In this document: positions 1 through 8,142 of the stretch, one piece after another
Layout: the number at the start of each line of letters is the position of its first letter
How positions within the stretch are numbered: the stretch's first letter is position 1
NCBI GenBank assembly: GCA_018238625.1
Contig: JABCSY010000069.1
Span: forward strand, 1 to 21,320
Direction: 5' to 3'
Source: Promethearchaeota archaeon
Lineage (GTDB): Archaea > Asgardarchaeota > Lokiarchaeia > Sigyniarchaeales > SOKP01
DNA: 21,320 bases
Notes under the pieces: generated by a model
What the model saw: only the letters and a program-made list of their open reading frames with translations
What the model was told of the DNA's origin: nothing
Databases searched by the model: none
Program-made: the position numbers and the translations under genes

Positions 1-1
1 C

Positions 2-1399
2 TGGAATCTAGCACCTTTCGTTATAGATAATTCTGGAGGGGGAGATTATACTTGGAATGAGGCTTCTGCTGAAACATGGTGCTCTGGTTCTGGAACTTTT
101 GAAGATCCATATCTAATTGAAAATGTTACAATCGATGGTGAAAATTTAGAGAATTGCATCACAATCAAAAATTCAGACAAATATTTTAGAATCGAAAATT
201 GCACGGTTTTTAATTCAGGATCTGATGCTTATGAGGCAGGAATCCATTTAGATCTTGCAGGGAATGGAACATTAATCAACAACAATTGTTCATTTAATAA
301 TATTGGAATATTTTTTTATGGTTCTTATAATACTACTGTCTCAGGAAATACTGCGAATGATAATCAAGATTTAGGAATATATGTTCGTGGTTCTGATAAT
401 ACTACGGTCTCTGGAAATACTGCAAATAATAATCAACATTATGGAATTTGTATTTGTCGTTCTAATAGTACTACAGTCTCAGGAAATGTTGTTGATAATA
501 ATGGGATTTGCGGTACTTATATACTTGAAAGTGATTATAATCTAATCTATAAGAATTATTTCATAAATAATGGAATACATGCTTTAGATGAAGGAAACTT
601 TAATAATTGGAATTCTTCTATTATTGGTAATTATTGGGATAATTATACGGGTATTGATGCAGATAAAAATGGTATAGGGGATACACCTCATGACTTTGAA
701 GGAGGTACTGATTATCTTCCAATATATGATATCCAGGCACCTTTGATAACGATTTATTACCCCATAAATGGAACCTATTGGAGCTATAGGAAAAATATAA
801 ATATAGAAGCGACAGATACAAACTTAGATAGCATCTGGTACGAAGTGAACGGTCAGCGCGTATTTATAAGTTCGGGAGTAACGGTTCTTTTTGACAACGA
901 AATCTGGGTAGGACTGCCCGAAGGAGCTTTTATTATTGAAATTTATGCAAACGATACATTTGGACATCTTAACGATACTTATTCTTTATTATTATATAAA
1001 GACACTACGGCACCAATCTTAACAATTAATAGCCCAATTCAAGACCAAGGATTTATCGATGCACCAACATTTAGTATCACTATCACTGAACTGAACTTAA
1101 ATACTATGTGGTATGTTATTGTTAGTGATGGAACAACAAAACACATAATTACTTCGACGACTGGTTCAATAGATGTTTCTGCCTGGAATTCTTTAACCGA
1201 CGGAACAATTACGATTAGATTTTATGCCAACGATACTGCAGGAAATGAAGTATATTCAGAAGTTTCAATCGTAAAAGATACATCTACAGCTCCAACACCA
1301 GGAATTCCCGGGTTTAATGTAATTATTGCATTAAGCGTGATTTTCTTAGTTTCAGTTGTTATAATTACGAGGAAAAAGAAATTATTAAATCTTAATTAA
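2..1399 (+). CDS. Cell-surface glycoprotein, 5'-truncated by the window edge: parallel beta-helix (NosD/CASH-like) domain, two Ig-like domains, and a C-terminal IPGF-TM-basic sorting signal (PGF-/Loki-CTERM-like)
   Basis: Frame 2 is open from base 2 and in frame with track ORF 743..1399, so TTG 743 is internal. It reads WNLAPFVIDNSGGGDYTW...GSGTFEDPYLIENVTIDG..., three (N/S)TTVSGN repeats, then GNYWDNYTGIDADKNGIGDTPH (typical NosD-like cap). Two Ig-like units contain YANDT(F/A)G. It ends GIPGF-NVIIALSVIFLVSVVIIT-RKKK. Confidence 0.85.
   Translation, partial: WNLAPFVIDNSGGGDYTWNEASAETWCSGSGTFEDPYLIENVTIDGENLENCITIKNSDKYFRIENCTVFNSGSDAYEAGIHLDLAGNGTLINNNCSFNNIGIFFYGSYNTTVSGNTANDNQDLGIYVRGSDNTTVSGNTANNNQHYGICICRSNSTTVSGNVVDNNGICGTYILESDYNLIYKNYFINNGIHALDEGNFNNWNSSIIGNYWDNYTGIDADKNGIGDTPHDFEGGTDYLPIYDIQAPLITIYYPINGTYWSYRKNINIEATDTNLDSIWYEVNGQRVFISSGVTVLFDNEIWVGLPEGAFIIEIYANDTFGHLNDTYSLLLYKDTTAPILTINSPIQDQGFIDAPTFSITITELNLNTMWYVIVSDGTTKHIITSTTGSIDVSAWNSLTDGTITIRFYANDTAGNEVYSEVSIVKDTSTAPTPGIPGFNVIIALSVIFLVSVVIITRKKKLLNLN
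329..502 (+). repeat. Three imperfect 69-bp (23-aa) coding repeats, corresponding to beta-helix rungs
   Basis: aatactactgtctcaggaaat at 329, aatactacggtctctggaaat at 398 and agtactacagtctcaggaaat at 467, with an exact 69-nt period. Confidence 0.8.
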
Positions 1400-1406
1400 T
1401 ACCTAA

Positions 1407-1421
1407 ATTTTATTTTTTTTA
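1407..1421 (+). terminator. T-tract, putative archaeal intrinsic terminator between convergent genes
   Basis: tttttatttttttt follows the stop at 1399. Confidence 0.4.
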
Positions 1422-1431
1422 TTTAAACTTT

Positions 1432-2427
1432 TTATTCTTTTCTATATCCTAAATCCATCATCATACCGTATACTATGCCTAACGCAATACCATTAAAAAC
1501 GGGATTATCCTCGATTGATAAATCAGTTCTTGGGATTAATATAGGCATGATTTGCTCGAGAACATATCTCGTTTCTGGTTTTTTACTGTAGAATTTAATT
1601 ATCGCTTCTCTAAATTCTTTCATAAAAGCTTCGTGCTCTAATAGCATTTTCCGAACGTTTTCTTTTCCATTAATAACTCCAAAATGACCAAAACCAGCTT
1701 TGGAGGGAAATAAGTTCTTAAGATTTCTTAAAGTTGCCATATATTCTTCGTGATTATAATAAGTAGGCATGGATGTTGGCATAGTTATTAATTCTGAAGC
1801 GTGGTAAATTGTACCCACGCTTTCTCCAAGTTGTATGAAGTCAATTAAGTTATCCTTAACAAATATAGGACACTGGTGGTCTGGAGTGTGTCCGGGAGTT
1901 TTTAAAATACCCAATTTAACTTCTGAACCATTAATGGTAAAAGAATCGATAGAATCGAGTTTGTTTGCTTCTGAATTGAAGTTTGTGCTAGGTTCTATTA
2001 TTTGAAATGCGCTTTCCTCAATGGGTTTCATCGAACCAATTAAATTTCCATAAGTTCGCTTTCCGCGAGCCAAATGCTCTTCGTAATTGTTAAGCAGTTC
2101 TTTAGTTTTTTGGTTCGTAAGGATTTTTACTTCCGGGTTGTAATCCTTTAAAACCTCGTAAAGCTGCCATAACCCACCGTTGTGGTCGAAGTGATGGTGG
2201 GTTGTAGTAAGGTATTTAAACGAAGCTAAGTCGATTTTCAGCTTTTTTAAAAACCTAATTAATTTCTTCGTATCTAATGACGACCCGCAATCGATTAAAA
2301 CAGAGCCATTGTCAAATTGCCCAACGAAAATAGAAAGCATTCGAGGCGTTCCGTAAGCTTTTACGTCTATATGATATAAATACTCGTTAATCTTCCCCGT
2401 TTCAATGGTGATTAAGTCTTGTATCAT
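1432..2427 (-). CDS. MBL-fold metallo-hydrolase (glyoxalase II-like superfamily), substrate unknown
   Basis: Motifs VLIDCG, THHHFDHNGG (HxHxDH), TPGHTPDH, LGESVG and FGHFG occur in the canonical order. Confidence 0.88.
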   Translation of the reverse strand: MIQDLITIETGKINEYLYHIDVKAYGTPRMLSIFVGQFDNGSVLIDCGSSLDTKKLIRFLKKLKIDLASFKYLTTTHHHFDHNGGLWQLYEVLKDYNPEVKILTNQKTKELLNNYEEHLARGKRTYGNLIGSMKPIEESAFQIIEPSTNFNSEANKLDSIDSFTINGSEVKLGILKTPGHTPDHQCPIFVKDNLIDFIQLGESVGTIYHASELITMPTSMPTYYNHEEYMATLRNLKNLFPSKAGFGHFGVINGKENVRKMLLEHEAFMKEFREAIIKFYSKKPETRYVLEQIMPILIPRTDLSIEDNPVFNGIALGIVYGMMMDLGYRKE

Positions 2428-2502
2428 ATAAATAATAAGAAAAAATCGAATAAGAAGTATAGTAATTGAAATAAAATAATTAAAAAGGTTTTGAAAAAAT
2501 AA

Positions 2503-4764
2503 TTAAATATTTAATTTTTGGCGCCAAAAATTCATTTTCATTCTGAGGTCTTCTTTCTCTGGTTGACTTAGCACATATGTTTTATTCCGTAGAGTTGTAC
2601 TAGTATTATGGATGTTTTTCAACACGCTGTTATAGCCCGTTTCTTTTATGTATTCGCTCTGAAACTTTTCGAGAGCCGAAGAGAGTTCAATACCCATCAA
2701 GGAGTCGACATTATCAAAAATTAAGTCAAATTGTTTTGTTAACATAGATTTTTCCCCGGATGGCGTTGTTTTTGGAACAGGCACCTCTTTTTCTGGTGGA
2801 GCAATTACTTTTGGTATCTGAACTATTGGTTTTAATTTTACGTGTTCTTTTAGTGGTTCTTCAGCGATCTTAACGGGTTGTTTAGCTAATTTCGGTGGTG
2901 GAGTGTCTTGTACGATTGATGACTTAATAGCATGCATAACTTCCTTTCTTGCACCCATCCAGGATTCTTCGAGAATAGGGACAAAGATTTTGATATGTTC
3001 TTCTATAATGCTTCCTATTCCAGCAATCTCAGTTATAGACTCCCCTCTTACTTCTGCTTTTGAAAGCACGCATACGATTACTTCTTCGTAGTCACGATTT
3101 ATGCCCCATAAATTTTGCAAAGCACGGTGTCTATAATCAACATTATCCATTTTATCGAACTGTTGGACTACAGATGCGTGTTCTGGATTATTGAAATCTA
3201 TATTTGCGGCTATTCTGAAATTTATCCTTGAAGGGCGGGCCATTATTGCGTCAAGATCTACATCGCTGATTTGAGGGGCAATAAGTAACACTCTCATTTT
3301 TGCTTTTGAGATCTCATCGCTAATGTGTGCCTTAGCGGCTTCAGGTGAGCGAATGAACCAAATATCTTTCATTGTAATTGAGCTCCCGGTTTTCGCTTGC
3401 TCCCAGAATTCACTTGTGACTTTTTCGGATCTTTCGAGTTTATTCAATATATTATCAAGCGTATTATCTAAAGTCGCGACAATTCGGTCGTAAAAAACAT
3501 CTTTTAAATTGCCAAGCGATTTAAACGTCGTACCAGAGATTCCTTCTATTTTTTCTTCAGCCATTAGTATTGCTTTATTAAAATTTTCAGTAATCTCACT
3601 GTATATCTTTTCTTTATCTTCTGCTAACTGTGAGTTAAGACCATCAATATTTTCAAGGGCACTTTTTAACGATGTTTTCAATTTAGATATTACTTCAGAA
3701 TCAACGCCCGTTGGTTGAGTTGTTTTTTTTAGCTCGTCAGAAAAGGCAACTTGGCTTACGCTGAGTTGCACATTGATATTATCAGAGATATCGCTTAATT
3801 TTGCGTTTATAACCTTATCAATCACTTGTTCAACAGTTTGGGAGATTACTCCAAGACGTAATTTCTGCAGATTTTGAGAGACAGTTGATTTAATGTTCTC
3901 AAATTCGTTCTTCAAATCGTTAACTTGTCCTTTAATGATTTTAGACGTCTTTGTGTTAATATCATCAAACTGTTTTTTTAGATCTGTGATTTGAGGCGTT
4001 TCCATAGCCGAAACAGCAGCTCCTTCGAGGCTTGAGATTTCCTCTGAGATCCCTTTGATTTGATCCATTACAGCTAATGTGCCGTCAAGCTCTTTCTTCT
4101 GTGATTTCATCTGTGTTAGCATATTTTCTTTTAACTCTTTCATTAACTCCGTAGGTATGGGCTTTCTTTCAACTTTAACTTCAACCGTTCCAGACTCTGA
4201 TTCTAACTGCGCAAACGATTTTTCTAGTTGGGCAGGTATGCTGACTTTAATATCTGAGATATATTTGTGAAATTTTTGTAACTGGCTAACTAAGGCGGCA
4301 TATGGAGGTAGAGCGCTATAATGCGGTTTTGCTCCAATAATTTCCTTAAAAAGACCTTTCTTAACAAATTTAGTCGCCATTTCTTGACATTTAGCTTTAG
4401 GTTTTCCCGTTAAAATTGCCATTTCGCCGATACTAACGGCTTCACGACCCGTGATTCTGAAATACAATTCAATCTCGTCGTCAGAAAGATCAATTTCGCT
4501 CAAAACTTGTTTTGTAAGTTCTTTTGAATAGGAAACTTCTTCTTTTTTGAGCATTTCTTTTATTTCAAAATTCTCGACTTCTAAATATTGATTGAAATAA
4601 ACAACTAAATTATGTTCAGGAGATCCGTGTACAGCTTCTTTTTTTATCGGAAATTTAGAAACAGCTTGGTATTCCTTCTTGGTTATTTTAAAAGGGATTT
4701 CTTTCAAACATAATTTACATGTATACGGTATCTCTACTTCTTCATCATCTTTAAATAAATACAA
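2503..4764 (-). CDS. Large TrmB-like protein: N-terminal CxxC/HxxxxH putative Zn site, TrmB-type winged HTH, ~300-aa coiled coil, TrmB effector (PLD-like) domain, Pro-rich linker, C-terminal helical domain
   Basis: C16xxC19...H46GSPEH51. LSEIDLSDDEIELYFRI...SIGEMAILTGKPKAKCQEMATKFVKKGLF...HYSALPP matches the TrmB HTH pattern. DIWFIRSPEAAKAHISDEISKAKMRVLLIAP matches the start of the TrmB C-terminal domain. TTG start with GAGGAG 7 nt upstream. Confidence 0.7.
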   Translation of the reverse strand: MYLFKDDEEVEIPYTCKLCLKEIPFKITKKEYQAVSKFPIKKEAVHGSPEHNLVVYFNQYLEVENFEIKEMLKKEEVSYSKELTKQVLSEIDLSDDEIELYFRITGREAVSIGEMAILTGKPKAKCQEMATKFVKKGLFKEIIGAKPHYSALPPYAALVSQLQKFHKYISDIKVSIPAQLEKSFAQLESESGTVEVKVERKPIPTELMKELKENMLTQMKSQKKELDGTLAVMDQIKGISEEISSLEGAAVSAMETPQITDLKKQFDDINTKTSKIIKGQVNDLKNEFENIKSTVSQNLQKLRLGVISQTVEQVIDKVINAKLSDISDNINVQLSVSQVAFSDELKKTTQPTGVDSEVISKLKTSLKSALENIDGLNSQLAEDKEKIYSEITENFNKAILMAEEKIEGISGTTFKSLGNLKDVFYDRIVATLDNTLDNILNKLERSEKVTSEFWEQAKTGSSITMKDIWFIRSPEAAKAHISDEISKAKMRVLLIAPQISDVDLDAIMARPSRINFRIAANIDFNNPEHASVVQQFDKMDNVDYRHRALQNLWGINRDYEEVIVCVLSKAEVRGESITEIAGIGSIIEEHIKIFVPILEESWMGARKEVMHAIKSSIVQDTPPPKLAKQPVKIAEEPLKEHVKLKPIVQIPKVIAPPEKEVPVPKTTPSGEKSMLTKQFDLIFDNVDSLMGIELSSALEKFQSEYIKETGYNSVLKNIHNTSTTLRNKTYVLSQPEKEDLRMKMNFWRQKLNI

Positions 4765-4771
4765 TTCTTTA

Positions 4772-4777
4772 CTCCTC
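4772..4777 (-). promoter_or_regulatory. Shine-Dalgarno site (GAGGAG) for the TrmB-like gene
   Basis: ctcctc on the + strand, 7 nt from the TTG start at 4764. Confidence 0.7.
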
Positions 4778-4802
4778 TCGTTCTAGTTAATTAATTGGTG
4801 AT

Positions 4803-6059
4803 TTAAAAAGTGACTTTTTCTGGAAAGGATATTTCCAATAAGTTTAAGGCTTTTTTAGCGATTTCGTAAGTAATTTTTCCATCGGCGTCTTCCTTTCTAT
4901 AAGCTTCTCTGATTTTTGGTAGTAAATATTCTGGAAAAATTGTTAGTGGTTTGATGTCCGTAAGCAAACAAATCCAACTTCTTTTATTCTCGTCTTTAAT
5001 TTCAGTAATCACGTTTAATTTTTTCAGGTTGTCAAGCAAGATTTCAGTGACGGCAAACTCTGAAAAGATTTTTGGTATTTTATCTAGTGGATAATGGTTC
5101 GAACGCATTAAGACGAAAAAATCGTAAACATCAGGGTTAAGTAATATTGAAGCCAATTTTTTGGTATTTTCAAAAGGTTCTACAAAGGGATCGTAATTTG
5201 TGAAAAAGTCTGTAGACTTTTGCTTAAATAAAGGTAACAACTCGTTGTCTGTGTCTTTAAAATGTTTTAACAGACGCTCGTTGGGAACGCGGGCTATAAT
5301 TATGTCCTTGACTAAAAATAAATACTCTCCTTGATTTGTTATGATTCCAGTCTTTTTATCTTTCTCACCTTTTACCCAATCACGCCTTACTAAGTTCAAT
5401 TCTATAAAAGGTCTAAGTAAAATATCAATATTAGCAGTAGGTTTCATTTTTTCAACGGTTCTTTTCATTTCTCTTTTTGAAATGGGTTGTTCTCTTAAGA
5501 TTTCTAAGATTTTTAACCGTTCGTCGCTATTATAGATTAAAGCTACTTTTTGAAGTTTGTCTAATTGACTTAAACGCTCAATTTGAAATACGGTATACTT
5601 TAATTCGTTCATTAAGCGGACATTTACGTTGGAAACTAAATCCAATTGCCTCGTATTTACAGCTTTAGTTAATTTTTCAAAAATAGTATCTAATCTTTTT
5701 GCCATATCTTTAATTAAATCCTCAAACAATTCTATTTCGTCGTCTAATTCAAATATAGACATCGCAAGATATTGAGTTCCATCGGCTAACTGCTTGAAAT
5801 ACGACAAAACTTTATATGGCGTTTCTTTTAAGCGGCCAGTATAGAAGTTACTGAAGCCATATTTCATGCCAAAAATACCGGTGGTATGTTGATAGAACGT
5901 GGCAAATATATCGTTCTCTATGATTAGTTCTGAAAAGTCGTCTTCTTTAAATTTATCGTTCTTAAACACTAATTGAATTGGGCTAAATTCGGGATCTATC
6001 TCCCCTGTAGTTTCATTCTGATTCAATTTAAATTGAAACGTACATATCGATTGTATCAA
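4803..6059 (-). CDS. Hypothetical protein, probably an N-terminal longin/uDENN-like domain followed by winged-helix domains
   Basis: 418-aa ORF with a TTG start and upstream GAGG. The N-terminal beta-beta-alpha-beta-beta-beta-alpha pattern ends YLAMSIFELDDEIELFEDLIKDMAKRL. ERLKILEILREQPISKREM...NIDILLRPFIELNLVRRDW...YLFLVKD is wHTH-like. A second wHTH-like unit is VYDFFVLMRSNHYPL...LLDNLKKLNVITEI...WICLLTD. The CDS is secure, the domain call tentative. Confidence 0.55.
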   Translation of the reverse strand: MIQSICTFQFKLNQNETTGEIDPEFSPIQLVFKNDKFKEDDFSELIIENDIFATFYQHTTGIFGMKYGFSNFYTGRLKETPYKVLSYFKQLADGTQYLAMSIFELDDEIELFEDLIKDMAKRLDTIFEKLTKAVNTRQLDLVSNVNVRLMNELKYTVFQIERLSQLDKLQKVALIYNSDERLKILEILREQPISKREMKRTVEKMKPTANIDILLRPFIELNLVRRDWVKGEKDKKTGIITNQGEYLFLVKDIIIARVPNERLLKHFKDTDNELLPLFKQKSTDFFTNYDPFVEPFENTKKLASILLNPDVYDFFVLMRSNHYPLDKIPKIFSEFAVTEILLDNLKKLNVITEIKDENKRSWICLLTDIKPLTIFPEYLLPKIREAYRKEDADGKITYEIAKKALNLLEISFPEKVTF

Positions 6060-6298
6060 TTTGATTTGCCTCTAATTTTTTATAAGTAATAATAATTAAT
6101 AATTATTAATTAATAATTATGTCTTAAGTAATTTATTAACTTAAATTTAATCAATTAAATTATTTAAAATTCGCTATATTAACAAAAAAAGAGGGTAATT
6201 TTTTATACGATAATTTTGTTAATACTTAATTAGGGAAGATTAGAAATATAATGTATTTAAAAAAATAAATTAGTAAAAAATTAATTAAGTGATAAAAT
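6060..6298. promoter_or_regulatory. Divergent promoter region, very AT-rich
   Basis: A 239-bp non-coding gap between head-to-head genes with several TATA-like tracts and a perfect A/T-only 20-bp palindrome at 6093-6112. Confidence 0.55.
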
Positions 6299-7948
6299 TT
6301 GCTATTAAGGATAAAAAAAAGATTTGGAGTAATGTTTTTAATTACAACGATTATGATTTTTATTGTGCTACCCCTTTCATTACCTACCAATTTTGCAAGT
6401 AATAAAGAGCAATTAAATATTAACCTATCGGGTGAAACCACCCACACAGATGTTCTTTGGCTTGATAATCCAACATTCGAAGATCCTATTGAACCCATTT
6501 GGTTTCCCGATATTGAGGGAGATGAGTCAGATGTTGATACTAGTACAAGTCTAAATCAAGCAAATGTAGTTATAGTAGGAGAATCGCGAGAAAAAGAAGT
6601 TCTCCTCAATACGGCAACTCAATCAAATTGGATGGCTTTTTTAAAGAGTGACTTGGAAATTGTACCTCAACGTGCTTCTGTTCCATATTACGGAATAGAT
6701 GATGATGGAGCATGGTGTAGTCATTGGTGGTGGGAAGGAGAAGGTGGTGGACAACCAAAAAATACTCCTCGTATGCATTGGAAAACAAATGTGAGCATGC
6801 CCGTCGATATGTCTGATTATATCATTACATCACTATCATTTAACGCAATAATTAATGCCAGTGTAGACAGAAATATTGATGTAGATGGTGATACTACTGC
6901 TAGGTGGGTCCCCGGCGTAGCCGGTATAAATCAATTCCAAACCTATGATTATGCTCGATTTTATGTAGAAGTAACTACTTTGGATATTGATGTGTTGAAT
7001 ACTTATAGAATTGCATTTAATCAAACGAGGATACTAGGTAATGATACTCTTTCTTTTTACGATATAGAAGGATATATTGGAATCTATGAAGAACAAGCAA
7101 TAATTGACGCCTTAAACAATGTTTTAGCAGTAGATCCGGGTCATAATAATTTTACTATTGTTTTAGGAATATATATGTATTGCGAAGATAATTATTCTGG
7201 TACGGATCGCGATCACTGGGACGATATACGCTTTAAATTTCTTAACTTAACATTTTCATATGAAAAAAAGATAAATCAATTTACTTTCGGCTCATGGGCT
7301 CAAGATCTGGACGAAATAAGTGGTTCTAACATTCAAATAACTGATGCTAATCTTAATTTTAAATATAAAATAGATAAAAATTGGACAGAATCATCCCAAA
7401 ATTCAAAATTTTTGATTTTTATCAATGAGAGAAAATTCGATCCGAAGATGAGCTTAATAGATTATGAGTATTCAAGTGATTTTCAAGAAGCTGGAAGATT
7501 TGATATTACGGAAATATTGTTACCTTATGAAAATTTTACACTTTCAATCCAAGTTTTCCTAGCTGAAGATTTTGAATTAGAGAGTAATAGAACAATTTCT
7601 ATAACTGATGTTTATCTGTACATATCTTATATTGAAACTTTTTCGGATATTTTTTCAGAACCTTGGGTATTTGCGGGATTATTCATAATTGCTGTATTTG
7701 CAGCTACTGTATTAGGTGGTTACTTGATTGCTTATCAATCATATTTAAAATACCCCGTTCCAGTCAGAAAAGTGAGAAAGTATAGAAAAACGCTGTCTAG
7801 TGATAAAACTCCCGGTGTTGGTATTGTTAGTCAAAAGACTTCATTTAGTAAGCACTACCATGCCGAATTAAAAAAGACAGACAAGTTTTTAAAAGGCGCC
7901 CCTCTAGATGGTAAAATCGTACGGGATAAATTGATTGGAAAACAATAA
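6299..7948 (+). CDS. Membrane-anchored surface glycoprotein, paralog 1 (ectodomain type A, tail type X)
   Basis: Basic then hydrophobic N-terminal signal. Acidic beta-rich ectodomain starting WLDNPTF with many N-x-S/T sequons. TM EPWVFAGLFIIAVFAATVLGGYLIAY, then basic tail KYPVPVRKVRKYRKTL. Confidence 0.85.
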   Translation: MLLRIKKRFGVMFLITTIMIFIVLPLSLPTNFASNKEQLNINLSGETTHTDVLWLDNPTFEDPIEPIWFPDIEGDESDVDTSTSLNQANVVIVGESREKEVLLNTATQSNWMAFLKSDLEIVPQRASVPYYGIDDDGAWCSHWWWEGEGGGQPKNTPRMHWKTNVSMPVDMSDYIITSLSFNAIINASVDRNIDVDGDTTARWVPGVAGINQFQTYDYARFYVEVTTLDIDVLNTYRIAFNQTRILGNDTLSFYDIEGYIGIYEEQAIIDALNNVLAVDPGHNNFTIVLGIYMYCEDNYSGTDRDHWDDIRFKFLNLTFSYEKKINQFTFGSWAQDLDEISGSNIQITDANLNFKYKIDKNWTESSQNSKFLIFINERKFDPKMSLIDYEYSSDFQEAGRFDITEILLPYENFTLSIQVFLAEDFELESNRTISITDVYLYISYIETFSDIFSEPWVFAGLFIIAVFAATVLGGYLIAYQSYLKYPVPVRKVRKYRKTLSSDKTPGVGIVSQKTSFSKHYHAELKKTDKFLKGAPLDGKIVRDKLIGKQ

Positions 7949-7987
7949 GAAATACTTATTCAAAAATGAGTATTGAATTAATCAAAA

Positions 7988-8010
7988 TTCTTTTTTCACT
8001 TCTTTTTTTT
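7988..8010 (+). terminator. T-tract, putative terminator after paralog 1
   Basis: ttcttttttcacttctttttttt lies about 40 nt past the stop codon. Confidence 0.45.
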
Positions 8011-8142
8011 AATTGAGAAATAAACTAAAATATAATGAAATTATAATTTAAAATTATTAAATATTATAAGTGTGGCTAGCTATATCCTAATATATCCTAC
8101 AATTTTTAATTCATAAATTTTAATTATAAAAATGTGAATCTA

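Noticed and set aside
329-502. CRISPR-like 69-bp periodicity
   Set aside because: The repeats are imperfect, in frame and encode beta-helix rungs. No cas genes are present.
743-1399. ORF track call of a separate 218-aa protein
   Set aside because: The frame is open back to base 2, so this is the C-terminal part of a longer gene starting before the window.
2503-4764. SMC/Rad50 ATPase or active phospholipase D nuclease
   Set aside because: No Walker A/B or ABC signature, and no HKD catalytic motif.
6313-6320. A8 run near the 5' end of receptor 1 as a phase-variation tract
   Set aside because: A/T runs of this length are common throughout this AT-rich window.
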